A DNA stretch of 64,000 bases, from NCBI RefSeq assembly GCF_009914755.1, contig NC_060926.1; one strand, 5' to 3'. Shown here in pieces: positions 17,530-35,045 of this stretch. Every line of letters starts with the position of its first letter. Within the stretch, counting starts at the first letter, position 1. The DNA comes from the human T2T-CHM13v2.0 reference genome, Homo sapiens. The notes beneath the pieces are model-generated. The model had not been told where the DNA came from and made no database searches. It was given only the letters and a program-made list of their open reading frames with translations. The translations under genes and the position numbers were made by a program.

Positions 17530-17640
17530 ATTATTTTTTAGTGACAGGATTTTGCTATGTTTCCCAGGCTAGCCTCCAACTCTTGGACTCAAGCAGTCCT
17601 CCTGTCTCAGCCTGCTAGTAGTTGGAACTAGCGACATGCC
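17530..17640 (-). mobile_element. FLAM/AluJ monomer fragment
   Basis: tgctatgtttcccaggct...ctcaagcagtcctcctg. Confidence 0.8.
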
Positions 17641-19538
17641 CACGATATATTTTATTTCTGTATTGCTTTGTACCTCTCAAAGCCATTTGCATGCATGCCC
17701 CCTTTTGACCTCAAATCAGTCCTGTGGGGATAGAGAGAGATCTTTTGGGTAGGAATAAATACACAGAGAGAATATATAATCTGTTTATTGAAGTTCACCA
17801 CCATTGTAAATACTGTCTTCTATTTTAAGACTATTTTTCTTCTTTGGATTGAAGACATGTAGATAGACAATATTGCTACACTATTTTTTTTTTACAACCT
17901 TAAGTGCTGATAGAGATCAGATAATTAGATAAACAATCCCTGATATATGTAAGAGTAAACACTCCACATGGATACTATATGTAAAAAAATAAACAATGGA
18001 AACATCATTGAGATAAAATTAGATAATTATTTTTATTTATTGAAATTAACACTGAAAGTGGAATGTTCCAACACTGTTAGGGATTACAGTGAGACAGTTT
18101 GACTTTATCTTATTCCTGAAGATGTTTTCACTCTTTCAATTTGACAACTCTTCTATAAAAGCCTTTACCTGGTGGATTAACAGTTTGAGGTATTTAGAGT
18201 TAAAGAAGCGTTGTTCAAGAGATTGGAGATAAAAGCAGGGGCGGGGGGAGTTAAAGAGGAGGAGACTCATTTATTCATGAATTCTTTCATTCATCCATTC
18301 CTTTAACATTTATTGATACCACTATGAGTTATGTACTAGATATTGTACTAGATCTGGGAACATGGAGTTGCTTTCTTTCATGAAAGACTTTCTGATGGAA
18401 GAAAAGAAATAATATCATTTTGAGGGGAAGAGTTTTCCTTGAAAACCTTGAAACTACTCTGGTGTTGGTTTCAAGCAATGGTGTGTTTTTAGAAAATCAA
18501 AATTTGCCAGGACTGGTCATGTTTCAACTAGTGTGTTGATTTAATTCTTACTCAAGGGAGAAAATTGCCACTTGGATCATCAACCCCAGTTTCTGTGGAA
18601 TCAGATCTTTCTCCCTGCCTCTGAAAGCCCTTATATAAGAACTGTCCAGAGTTAAATGAGGGGTGACAAGTTCATAACGCAGAAGGAACATTGTGTCTCT
18701 GGGCTATCAAAACATTGATCACCCATCCAGCCATTTAGCAGGGTATTCCCTTGAAAATCTCTGGCTCCTAATGAACAGTATAAATATGTGAATAGGAAGG
18801 CTAGATTTGGAAAGCTGTCTGTATGAGAAGAAAGTACACTGATGACAGAACACACATATGTATCCCATGAGTTGGCAGCAGTGTGATTATGTTGACGATG
18901 TTGACATTTGACAGTCAGAGCCCAGGACATGATGTCTTTGAGAAATTCTTCTTAAGTTGGGTATATTTTTTCCTAGTAGAGTAAGAGATAGAGTTGGAAG
19001 TGATTGCCTATTCTATACTGATAAGAAAGACATAGGCTTTGTAGAGTTCAGGACCTTGGCTGGCACTTCTCTTGGCTGATGAAGCAAGCCAGCATGGCCA
19101 GTTCTACTGGTGGTTATCTGAGCCAGTCTGCACAGGTCCCTGATTGCTATGAATCAGCACTCGTAGGTTCCACAGGCAGTAAGGAACCAGAAATACTGGT
19201 TTCTACCAACAGTTGGTCTCAGAAGGACTGGTGTGACTAACCAACTGTAAGAACAGCCTCAAATCCTTTCTGGGAAGAGGCAGGGTTTATAAATAAACAG
19301 AAAACAAACACAACTGACTCAAACTGAAATTTGTGGCTCTGGTTTGATGTGGTGAATGTATTTAATGTAGCCCAAGAGAGAAAGCTGAGGTCTCTACATT
19401 TATGAAATTACTAAAAGATTGCAATCACTGTTCAGCATTGTCTAAAAATATCATGTACAGTGTCGAAGACTTGTACTAATCATATGATTAATAGAATGAT
19501 TATGACAGTGCTCTATAAATAAGGGTATGAAGTGGCAG

Positions 19539-20095
19539 TGTAGGGGCCAAGGGAAAGCTTCCCCTTTGCCCTCTGAAGGTTGGCTGAAAAATCAACTCAC
19601 AAAAGCAGATTAATTGGAGAAAAGGCATATAAATGTATTAATGTGTACACAGACAAGAACCGCAGAGTGATTACCCTGATCCCTCAGTGGGGTTCAGAAG
19701 CTTATAAGCCATCTTGAGCTTACACAAAGAAGGGGGGGGCTTGGATTGTGACAAAACAGTTTATGGTGACAAAACAGGTTATGGGAGAGGGAGAAGAGGA
19801 GGCCTGGCTAGCAAAGGTAGTCTTGCCTGCCGGGTAGCAGCCCTCAGAGAGAATAGAAGGTAAATGATTCCTTCAGACCTTTGAAGGTGTCAGACTTCCA
19901 GTTAATCTTTCCTAGATCCAGCCAAGGGAAAGTCTCAGAGAAAGCCTGGCTGCAGCAATGTATAGCTTCCAGATGCATATTTTCCTGACAATAGACAGCT
20001 TTCCAGGGCTACTTCTCTTTGCAGGCCCTCTGAAGAGCCATCACAAAGTATGTCAAATAAATATATTCTGGGGTGAAATATTTTTATTTCCTTCA
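19539..20095 (-). mobile_element. ERV1 solo LTR (MER34/MER39-like)
   Basis: TG...CA termini; minus strand starts TGAAGGAAATAAAAATATTTCACCCCAGAATATA as in MER34-group LTRs. Confidence 0.8.
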
Positions 20096-20176
20096 ATAGT
20101 GAATAGAGACAAGTATGGACTGTTTTAACAAAACAAAATAAAAGCATGCCAATAATAGACATTAGAGTATTAACTA

Positions 20177-20600
<424 letters not shown>

Positions 20601-21582
20601 AACTAAAAATTCTATTTAAAAAAAATAGCCAAGGCTCTTTACAATTTATCTTCTTTACTTTAAAAAGAATAGAGCAGCAACATCTGAGTAAAGTACATTT
20701 TTTACATTTCAACCAATCCTTATGTAAAAGACATCTAAAAAGGTATATATTAGCATTTTTAGGGCTTTTTGGAATTATAAACAGATTGACAGCTCTGTGG
20801 CCTGGAGTTAGTGCTGTTTATTTCCTAGACTGATATAGCAGCGGCTGTAGTTCCATGCATGGCACCCTGATTCCCAGGATTAGGAATACAAAGGCTGATT
20901 TGTGGGGAGGAGAGTTTTCTGGAAGCACGTGCAGCTGCCACTGGCGCATGCCAGCACATTCATTAGCCAATCTGACAGCAGAGCTGATGTCTACTCTCAG
21001 CTTTTCGGGGCAAAGAAAGGCACATGATGCCAAAGGGCCTTCTCATTCTTAGCTGAACACACAGAAGGGTAAAGCCAGGGGTTCCCATGATCCTTCCTTT
21101 TTCCTGGATCGTTAGCTGTCAGGATCTCAAGTAATCATGAATTAACCCCTGTAAGGCATCTGAATGAATGCCTACCTTATTTTAAACCTGAATAAGTAAA
21201 ACCCTCTTAAAGATTGCTGTTTCATGCTGCCCGCCCCATCCCCCCAACCCACTCCCTTTTAATAATGTAGCAACATGGAGATTGAAGTGGGTAATTTTTC
21301 TCTTTGTATACTGTCTTTTTCAATTCTGGAACAGGTCCAGAAATTATAAATTGAATTGAATTATAAATAAGTATTGAATATTGTTTTGCTATTCCCAATA
21401 CATTTAATACTGTCAATTATTTTAATTGGGCTAGTCATTTCAGAATTTAAAATAGTAAAGGCTCAGTCAAGGTTGCATCAGGGATTCCTGATACTTGGGA
21501 AACTAGAAAACAACAACAACAGTTCAAATCCATGTAGCTTCATTCAAATCATTCATGTACTGGCGTATGCCATAGTCCTTAA

Positions 21583-22007
<425 letters not shown>

Positions 22008-22147
22008 CACAAATGTTTTCTTAAATAATTTAGCATACATTACTGGTTGTCTCAGAATATTTCAGCAATAACGTAATAGTCTTTATTTATAACTAATAAA
22101 ACTAGGATAATCCAGCAGTGGAAACCAATGAATAGGAGGCAACTCAC

Positions 22148-22262
22148 CATGGTCTTGCTGGTTTTGCCAATGCCAAGCCAGAGGAACACAGGCAAATTAT
22201 GAAATTCCTCTGGGTAGTATCACAGAAAAGCAAGGAGAATTTCAAAGCCGGGCCAGGAGGTG
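22148..22262 (-). pseudogene. Candidate decayed exon (115 nt, one in-frame TGA)
   Basis: Acceptor tatctctacctaaatag; strong donor ATG|gtgagt; TSWPGFEILLAFL*YYPEEFHNLPVFLWLGIGKTSKTM. Confidence 0.3.
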
Positions 22263-22668
22263 CTATTTAGGTAGAGATATTAAACATAATCACAGTTTAA
22301 GTGATTATATAAAAAGGGGCTGTTACAGAAACAGTGAAATCTTTATAGCCTCTGATAGGATACTTGATGGGCTTCCAAATTTGCGCACTTCCCTCTTGAA
22401 GAGAGTTAGATCTTTTGACTAGAGGGCTAGATCTCTCTCCTCTCTGAATTTCAAAAGTGTTAAAATAACAAGCAATGTCTAGCTGGGTGATTTTCCACAT
22501 TCGTCCTGTCTAAAGGAAGAAGTTTGTTCTACTGTAAACAGTTATGGGAACTGTTTGCTTTGGATGGGCTTGGTCCTCATTGGCTGAGGAGGACTTTCTT
22601 ACTCTGGTTTCTTGCCAAGGTAGAAATTCAATGCCAAAAGCTTCCTAGTCCTGTCTGGACATCCTCTA

Positions 22669-22946
22669 ATCAGAATAAATTTGACCTAAAGAAAGTATGT
22701 TGGAGAGCTGCAAGCATGGTAGTAGTGCCTTGAAAAAAAAAACCAGTCGATTTAAGTAGTAGATTGTGCGGTTCAGTAGCATGGAACAAAGTTCATTGTC
22801 ATATCCTGGACAGAACATTTCTTGGATCTTTTCTTGCTCCACCTCTAACCAGAAAAGGCTCTATCCTGAAACTATATTTGCATGTATGCAAGCCCTTTGA
22901 AATTCTTACACTCCTTTGCGTCTATTAAACCAAGAGGATAAGCAAC
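22669..22946 (-). pseudogene. Candidate decayed coding segment with RGS-like spacing
   Basis: CLSSWFNRRKGV*EFQRACIHANIVSG*SLFWLEVEQEKIQEMFCPGYDNELCSMLLNRTIYYLNRL; similarity judged by eye only. Confidence 0.25.
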
Positions 22947-23089
22947 CTGGTAATTTAGCACGGTCATGAGCATTTATCTACACAGTGGGCTCCAAATGGG
23001 TGTCTGAAGGTGAGTTGAGTGTGGATGTTAGAAGCCAGTCTTTCATTCTAGTCTTTCAAATATTAGCTGTACAAAGTGGATTATTTATA

Positions 23090-23320
23090 CAAGTTATAGT
23101 TCTAAGCACAGTCTCTAGAGCCAAACTGCCTTCAGTTTGAATCCTGCCTCTACCAATTGTTTGGCAATCGACCCTGGACAAATTGCGTAAGTTCACTATA
23201 CCTCTTTCTTTGCCTCTGTGAAATGGGCATTGTTGTGAGGTTTCAATGTTAATATATGTGAGGAACTTAGATCAATACTCAGGAACAAGTAAGTGCTCAA
23301 TAATATTAGCTGTTTTTATT
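23090..23320 (+). mobile_element. MIR SINE
   Basis: gtttgaatcctgcctctacc...gtaagtgctcaataatattagc. Confidence 0.75.
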
Positions 23321-24059
23321 TTCTCCTTCTCTTGAAATTACAAGTGATGCTCACTGACTACTGACTCATTGTCTAGCTTGATGCTTCTGGCTGGAGAAGG
23401 ATTTATAAGGGAGTGAGAAATGTGTGGATGTGCCATCTGTCCACTTTTACTTCTAGGTGTATCCGTATCTGTGTATAAAAGCCAAAAAAAAGGCCCATTA
23501 AATGCTCAAACATTTATGAAGACTTTTCTCAAAAAAGACTTTCCTGGCTTTTAAGCTGTTAGGCAAATCAGTTCTATATTTAAATATCATTCTGTCCTTT
23601 TGATGGTTGAATTCAAATTGTGCCTATTATAGCTGACTCTTAATCGTAGGTGGTCCTGTGCCAATCGTGTAAGACTACTGACAATGATCTATGGCAACAA
23701 TCATTTCTGTACACAAGTTGTGGTTGACTAAATCCACATATTCTCTCAGGTGTGGGGCAGAACCTCTAAAATGCCACAGTGAGTGGGAGGTGGGGCATTT
23801 ATAAGTAGCAGATCATTGTACAACCATTTCCTGTGCCCCAGCCTCCTCTGACCTCAGCTACTTTTTTAAGGTACTGACCCACAGCCTCTGCTATGAGCCA
23901 TATCCCCAGCACCTCCTCTGTGCAGCTCCAGTAGCCACTTCTTGTCTTGGAGGCTGGCTGTGTCATGCAGTGTTGCAGATTATGCTAAGTGAATCCAGTA
24001 TCTCCTTGTTGCTCCCTCTGTCAAGGATCTGCAGTTTGTGGATTTAATATGTGGAGCAC

Positions 24060-24150
24060 ATATTCATTTATTAATTCACCACTTAGGCATGTATTAAGGC
24101 CCACTATACACTAGGCATTGCACTAAGCATTGGGAATGTAAATATGACCA
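24060..24150 (-). mobile_element. L2 3' end fragment
   Basis: attcattta...ggcattgcactaagcattggga. Confidence 0.6.
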
Positions 24151-24164
24151 AAGTTCTTCTTCTT

Positions 24165-24670
<506 letters not shown>

Positions 24671-24764
24671 AGATTCTTGATAGCACCTCATGACTATATA
24701 TTAGACTCTAGAGGTGAAGAGAAACACAGGTGGATATGACAAAGGTAGCAAAATGGTGTGGGGT

Positions 24765-24995
24765 CATGGTTAGAAACATGGACTTTGAGCCTGAGTGTTT
24801 GGGTACAAATTCTTACTCAGCCACTTACTAGCTGTGTGACCTTGGACTTCATAATAACTTCACTTCTCTATGCCTAGTTTCCTTATTTGTCAAGTGGCAA
24901 CTGTCATTGTACCTAGGGTTGTTGTAGGAGTTAATATTTATGACTATGTAGGGGAGTGTCTGAAACATAGTAAGTGCTATGTAAACATTTAAGTA
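24765..24995 (+). mobile_element. MIR SINE
   Basis: gccacttactagctgtgtgaccttgg...catagtaagtgctat. Confidence 0.85.
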
Positions 24996-26584
24996 AATAA
25001 GTGCAGCAATCGAGCTATATACAGGGTATTATAGGAGTACCTTGTCCAATTAGCAATATCAAACTTTTGCTTCTGTTCAGGTCTGTCCAAGGTATGGGGA
25101 CATTTCCGAAGTCAGGAGAATTAAAAAAAAAAAAAAAAAGCCAGAGTTTGGCTGCTCAGCATCAGTGCAGCATTAGTGCAGGCCTTAGCCCACAACTTAC
25201 TTCCACTAATGAACATTTGTCTCATTCCTTGGGTCAAATTTCTACCTGGTATCTTTGTCCTAGTAAATGAGTCTTTGTCCTATTTTCCTGCATCTTTAGT
25301 CTCTGCCTAAATTTCTGGTCAAGTCCTCAGTTCTTCTGGAACAGAGGTTCTGCCTTGATCTTGCTAATTTGCATGCCCGTAAGCTCCACTCTCCAAGCAG
25401 GGTTCCAGCTACCAGCTGCCAGGCCTGCTTGCTGCCTGGGTTTCTGAATATTACTTGCTCTAGGAGTCCCCATTGCTATTTTTCTTCCATGCATTTAGCC
25501 ACCCATCTGCCTATTATTCTACTCTCCTGACACTATGCCCTGACCTGGCTGGTGTCTCTAATTGCCTGTTTTCCATGTGGCTGCCTGGCCCTTAGGGACA
25601 GGTGTTTGATCTTATCATCTCACTTATGCCTTGTTCGGCCACCACTTAATCTTCCCTACTGACAAGAAAGAAGGTGGCAAGGAAGAACGGCTGAGTGAGA
25701 CACTCTGTGTTGCTCATCAAGTGACCTAGTTTAGTTTACCAAGGAATGTTTGGGTGTATCTGTTGGGGGTAGCTTATCATAAATAACTATGCATAGCCAT
25801 ATGTGTAATTAGGAGGGGCTTGCTCTCTACAAAGTTTCCTATGTGAAGACTTTCTCTTCTTGATGCCCCAGTTAAGGAAATTCCTTTACTAATTTATCTT
25901 CCTGAATAACCCGTCCTCCCTGAATAATCAGTTTCATGTGCTGTCCCACTGCTGCTAAATTACTCTAATGAAGTCATAATACTGTGGTTCTGGGCTTTCA
26001 AGTTCAGTACTTTCTACGTATTTTTCATTCTTAGTGTTTGCATGCAGGCTAAACATTCTAGGACGTCATGGTTTCCCCTCTGCTCCCCACCATTCCTATT
26101 TTTACTTCTCGGAGTTTTCCAAAACTTGATTATAGTCAATGTCAGCCCAAAGAATTTCCCTTTCCCTGGAATCACTTCTGTTGAACATGGCCACTTTTGT
26201 TTTGAATAAGAAAACCTAATCATCTCAATTACGATAATAACCTCGAAGTTGCATTACTGACGAGGGTGTCATGAAAGTGAGTCAATAGTGGAAGGGGAAT
26301 AAAGGGCATAATATAATCCCCAGCTCTTAGCAACATAACCTAATTTTCATTCAGTCCCATGTAGCTGCCTAATTTCCATTAGGCGCATGCTGATTTCTTT
26401 TAGCCCCATGCACAGAAGACGATCTTATTTTCCCTTCAGTTCTATTTGGTACTTAGAGTTAATTGGAAACTTAATTATAAGTGCTAGAAGTCATCTGCAG
26501 AGTATTTCTCATTTGTGATTTATTATCCATTTTTATGGTATGCATTTATTTTCTTGATCGAAATAATTTTCATTTTAAATAGCA

Positions 26585-26895
26585 TCTGACATTTGCAAGG
26601 GTTTTAAAGCACATTCATATATGCTATCTCATTAATTCTCACAACAGTCCTGTGAGGTAGGCAGAACTGTTATTATGCCTATGCTACAGACGAGAAAATA
26701 ATGGCAGGGAAAAAGATTGTGGGAGAATAAAGTAAAAAGTGCATAGGAGGAAGAGCCTGATGATTAAGCACTGCTTGCAGCTCTGGCGTTGTTGACTATG
26801 AGCTGCATGCCTCTAGGCAAGTTACTTAAACTCTCAAGCTTTGTTTCTTCATCTGAAAAATGAGGGACTTAAATTTAGGGTTTCTTGCAGTTCTG
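26585..26895. mobile_element. Two MIR fragments in opposite orientation
   Basis: ttctcacaacagtcctgtgaggtagg (-) and ggcaagttacttaaactctc...catctgaaaaatg (+). Confidence 0.7.
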
Positions 26896-26969
26896 AGTCT
26901 GTGTGATGTTTGTTTAAGCCGGCATATTCATATTAACCTTCCCTACTCAACCGCTGATAGGTGAGGAAT

Positions 26970-26992
26970 ACACACACACACACACACACACA

Positions 26993-27030
<38 letters not shown>
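26970..27030. repeat. Interrupted (CA)n microsatellite
   Basis: Two CA runs separated by gaagt. Confidence 0.97.
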
Positions 27031-27034
<4 letters not shown>

Positions 27035-27151
27035 TCAAGGACTCCTTTGGGCCCAAGAGTTGAGATAGGCAATCCTGAAGTGAGGGGGCTGGGAGAACCA
27101 GGGAACTGAGCATGTAGGAAGAGATGATTTGCTCTTGAAAAGGTGTAGTGG

Positions 27152-27516
<365 letters not shown>

Positions 27517-27602
27517 TCAGTGCAAATTTGGAGGAATTAGAGGTTGGGAAAAGGTTGGAAAAGTGTTTCCTTTTAGGGGAGAAACAAACTGGACATCAAT
27601 TA

Positions 27603-28100
<498 letters not shown>

Positions 28101-28177
28101 AAATAATACTTTTGGAAAAAAAAATAGCACCAAAACTCTGAAAGTAAAGCTACTCTATAAATGCAAAACTGTGATGT

Positions 28178-28471
28178 TATTTATTTATTTGAGACAGAGT
28201 CTGGCTCTGTAGCCCAGGCTTAAGTGCAGTGGCACAATCTCGGCTCACTGCAACCTCCACCTCCCAGGTTCAAGCAATTCTCCTGCCTTAGCCTCCTGAG
28301 TAGCCGGGACTACAGGTGCCTGCCACCACACCCGGCTAATTTTTTGTATTTTTAGTAGAGACGAGGTTTCACCGTGTTAGCCAGGATGGTCTCAATCTCC
28401 CGACCTTGTGATCCGCCCGCTTCGGCCTCCCAAAGTGCTGGGATTACAGGCATGAGCCACTGCTCCCGGCC
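28178..28471 (-). mobile_element. Alu SINE (Sc/Y-like)
   Basis: Antisense Alu. Confidence 0.95.
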
Positions 28472-28768
<297 letters not shown>

Positions 28769-29016
28769 CGATGTTTTTGAAACAATGGATTTATTAATCT
28801 TTGCATGAGAGTCTTGCTGTAACATTTTGGAAAGGGGGAGGCTTTTTCTTCCTTTTTGTGTGTTACAATGTTATGTGGCTAACATTTAGCCAAAGAAGGA
28901 TGTAACCAGAAGAGTATCTGTTTTGCAGCACATAACCTAGAAGGATTTCAATTCTAGGGCTCACATCATGGTGTCTGTGTGTGTGTGTGTGTTTGCCTAT
29001 GTTATATTTTAAATAG

Positions 29017-29355
<339 letters not shown>

Positions 29356-29715
29356 TGATATCTGCTAGAGCCATCATCTTCTCCTGATCACTGGTAATCA
29401 ATCTCTGACAGAAGCATAGCAGAACCATTGGAAAACAGTACTTAACTGATGGCGGAAGTGAGACAAGCTCAGTGTGGGCAAGGAGGCTGCCTATGTTATT
29501 CACCCTAATCATCTGAGTCCCTGGCAATAGTAGATCCTCAATAAAATCGTGGGTGAATAAAGCATATTTCTCCTAAAACTATAACAATTATTGTTATCAA
29601 CAGAGGAAACATTTGCATGATGCTACAAAGTAAGCAAAATAAGAAACAAGCTCTCTGTGTGAAGTTAAGGTAACAGGGCTTCAGATAGTACCTTGAAAAA
29701 CATTATTTAAGGTAG

Positions 29716-30025
<310 letters not shown>

Positions 30026-30419
30026 TTAGTGAATATCCTGCCTTTATTTCTGAGATCACAAAGCAGTGGAGTGTCCCTGGCTTTTGAATAGATAGCGATA
30101 GTTTCTGTATGGGCAAGAATTTGTTCCTTTGCTGAATATTTTGAGAAGTGAGTATCCCATACGGAGGTTGGTGAGAATACCATATGCATCTTGATTATCC
30201 TGACAGCCCAGAAAAGGAACCAAGGTAAAATTGCTAGAGGGTAATTTTCTGTGGTCTCAGCTTGAGACTGCAAAGCAGAGCATGATAAGGGGACAAGTAC
30301 CTCCGCATCTCATGGAAAGGATCTAGACTAACATCAGGTCTGGCTAACAGGTGCCCAAAACAGTTTCCACAACCTGTGGCCCCCACCCATCTCAGACAAG
30401 AGAGTTCTTTTGCAGATTT

Positions 30420-31260
<841 letters not shown>

Positions 31261-31947
31261 GGTCTTAGGAGAATTTGACCTTGTTCCCTGAAGTTTGTGA
31301 GCATAGAGTATGAAGTCTGTTCCTTGTCTAGACATGGGATTGGCTGGAGCTGCACCTTAGAGCAAAGAGGAGAGCCAAGATTGTAGTGGGAGTAAGCCAC
31401 AATTCTACAGTACTCAGGGTAAGTGTTGTGTTTTCTGAAGACTAGAGTGCACACTGTGGAAGATACAACCATTTTTAAAACACCTTGCCCAACAATACTA
31501 TCTGTGTGGTGCATTATTTTCTGACCCAGAGCTAGGGGAGAATCATTAGTGGTCACCAGGGGAGTATATTTTCCATCTGAGAAAAAAAGGAAAGTGTTGG
31601 AGATCCCCAGTGGAGGTTGAGGGTTTTTCTAAAAAACACACATAAGCTCCCTTCAAGAGTGAGTCAGCTGGCATTTGAACATGGGTCCCACAGAACATAC
31701 CAACATCCAAAGAAAACAGCACCAGCTAAATAATGAAGAACCTTTTGCTTTTTACTTCTCCTTTCTCCTCTATCCCTCACTGGGGAGGAACAACAAACCA
31801 CAGAGTAACTGGGGTGTGACTGGAATAAGAACATGCTCCACTTCCCTACTGCAGGTTACTGGGACCCAGTAAGACCTGACCTGGAATGTAAGAGAGGAAG
31901 ACTTGAAGAAGAAGAAAGAGTGAAGTTTGGATATTAAAGAAGGCTGA

Positions 31948-32287
<340 letters not shown>

Positions 32288-32956
32288 CCATGTAGTATCT
32301 TGAAATAAGATTATTACAAAAGTGAAAAGCACTGGAAAAGTTACAGAGTTTGCTCAAGATATTGTCTGGGGTCAGGAAAAAGAGATTGGACAGAGCAAGT
32401 CTGAAGCACAAGCACGGCAGAAAAAGAAAATAAAGCCATTTCCTGACTGCACTTTATAGGGTCCTGCCTGATTAATAAACAAGCTTTTGTCAGAGTAAAG
32501 TTATCTCTGAATTGGGACTGCTTAGGGCTTCTTTAACCCTGGAACTGTGCTAAAGGTGCCTTACTGTAGCTGGGAGGTGGCATCCACTAGTGGGGCTGCC
32601 AATCAAAGGGCCTTGCCTCCCCCATTGCAAAAGTAGGTGTATGTGCAGGCTGACCAATTAGGACAACCTGTTTCCAGGTGACGGTGATGGGTCTGGAGGT
32701 GGGCACATGACTCAAGCAGGGCCAAGCAGAGTCCTTGTCTGTAGAGGGTTAGGAATGGCAAAAGTCTTTCTCTTCCTGAGATCATGAACTGTAAACATTA
32801 TGCATACTTGTTGTGTCCAGAATTGTCTTTCCCTTCACGTGGTAAGAGCTTGCTGGAGAAAGAAGCCAATTCAGAGAGAAGTGAGTTGAGAGACAGAAAC
32901 AGAGTCCACCTGATTCATGATTACATTGATGGAAAAAAAAAGACTCAGGGATCTGT

Positions 32957-33263
<307 letters not shown>

Positions 33264-33379
33264 CTTTATTTTTTATTTTTAGAAGTCTTGGACCAATGGT
33301 GCACGGAGCTGAGTAAATCATACTCCTCAGTTCTTGACATACATCACTACTTGGTGTGTAAAAGACAACATTCACTTAA

Positions 33380-33760
33380 AAAATTACTGTTCTTCATCCA
33401 GCATTCCCTCTCTCATTCTCCTGTTACTACAGGCACCACTTAAATGTGTTTATGTATTTTTCAAAGATACATACATACCCAATAACATATATTGGCATCG
33501 TTTTGTGTATATATGTGTTTTTAATATAAATTTAAATTAAAAAGGTAATACAAATGGCATTATATTATAGATTTCACTAAGATTCTTTTTTTTTGTTTTT
33601 AACCCAGTACTGTGTTTTAAAGTTCTCACCACACTACTGTATATAACCCATTGGCCCAACTGTGGCTAGAGCTCCTAGGTTCAGTAAAGCTCCGACTACC
33701 ATGAACAATGCTGTCATTGACATCTTCATGCAGGTCTAGGGATATATGCAGAAATGGAAT
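33380..33760 (-). mobile_element. Old L1M fragment
   Basis: aacaatgctgtcattgacatc...aaatggaattgct motifs; heavily decayed. Confidence 0.5.
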
Positions 33761-33993
33761 TGCTAACACTAACTTCAGGACATTTTAATTACTGCATAAT
33801 TAATGCATTCTCTTTTTGCATAAGCCATTGTTAATGAGTTTATGTGACTTTTACCCAAAGGATGCCTGGTTAATCCTTGCCTGTTGAAGGTGAAGGGTAC
33901 CATGTCCTATCTGCTGGCCACCTCTAACTTTCTTAGGAGAGGCCAAAAATAAAGTAGCCTTTTTCCATGTCCCTTCAGCACTCCCAGCCATGC

Positions 33994-34303
33994 TTTTATT
34001 TACTTATTTATTTTTTAGAGACAAGGTCTTGCTTTGTCACCCAGGGAGGAGTGCAGTGATGTGATTCTAGTTCACTGCAGTCTCTAACTCCTGGGCTGAA
34101 GGCATCCTATTGCCTCAGGCTCTCAAGTAGCTGGGACTACAGGCAGGTATGACCATGCCTGGATAATTAAAAAATTTTTTTTTCCTGTAGAGACAGGGTC
34201 TTGCTACGTTGCCAAGGGTACTCTTAAACTCCTGGCCTGAAGCAATCCTCCTGCCTCAGCCTCCTGAAGTGCTGAGATTAAAGATGTGAGCCACCATGCC
34301 CGG
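33994..34303 (-). mobile_element. AluJ SINE
   Basis: Antisense J-type Alu; TSD ccatgctttta. Confidence 0.93.
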
Positions 34304-34934
34304 CACACCCATGCTTTTACACTCAATAATTGGTGCCTCCTTTGGAAAAAGTCTCAATACTTCTGTTTCACGTGATGGATAATACGCATCTATAGGTGTT
34401 GTTTTATTGAAAAAGTGTTTTAATTTTTAAAAATCCATGTTAAATGTTCAGAACATAGAAAAATATTTTCAAACTTTGGAATTGCAATTATGTTTGCAGC
34501 AGAGATATCTATTAATGCTAAAAATACTTTACTAGATCAATCATCTTAATAATAAAATCTTATTAAAACAGTCTTTTCTCACCACAGGAATGCTAGTTAT
34601 GAGACTTTGGTTAGGGAGATTTCCTTCTGCAATCCATAGATCTTTCTCCAAGTGTTTTTTGTTTACTGAACATTTTGAGATTTCTCAGAAGTCTTCCTGT
34701 GAGACACTGCTACAGAAACCCCCTTTCCATACACAAAGGTCAGCTGAAGTAGCTGAAGGATAATGAAATAGTCCTCTGTTCCTTGATTATGAGCTGATAG
34801 CAATCATATGAAGTTCAACAGAGATGAAGTCAATGCACATAAATATAAAAGTATTCATTGATGTTAACCCTAACATTAAACAGGTTCAGGAAGGGGTAGG
34901 CCTGGTTTGATAGCAGCTCATGTGAAAAAGACAC

Positions 34935-35045
34935 AGAGGCAATGCATGTGTGGGGATAGGGGGAATATGGGAAATCTTTGTACCTTTCAGTCAATTTTGC
35001 TGTGAACCTGAAGCTGTTCTAAAATGTAGTCTATTAAAAAAGGAA
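34935..35045 (+). mobile_element. L1M 3' terminal fragment
   Basis: atatgggaaatctttgtaccttt..caattttgctgtgaacct followed by an A-rich tail. Confidence 0.75.

Noticed and set aside
19748-19785. gtgacaaaacag.ttatgg direct repeat
   Set aside because: Internal to the ERV1 LTR; minor local duplication
22365-22685. Two extra small minus-strand exon-like pieces (VKFILIRGCPD..., EERDLAL*SKD...)
   Set aside because: Overlap or conflict with the alternative frame reading; cannot be resolved by eye
26367-26384. gcctaat-ttcc-attaggc hairpin
   Set aside because: A 7-bp stem is expected by chance in 64 kb
32585-32598. CCACTAGTGGGGCT resembling a CTCF site
   Set aside because: Mismatches at core positions; weak match only
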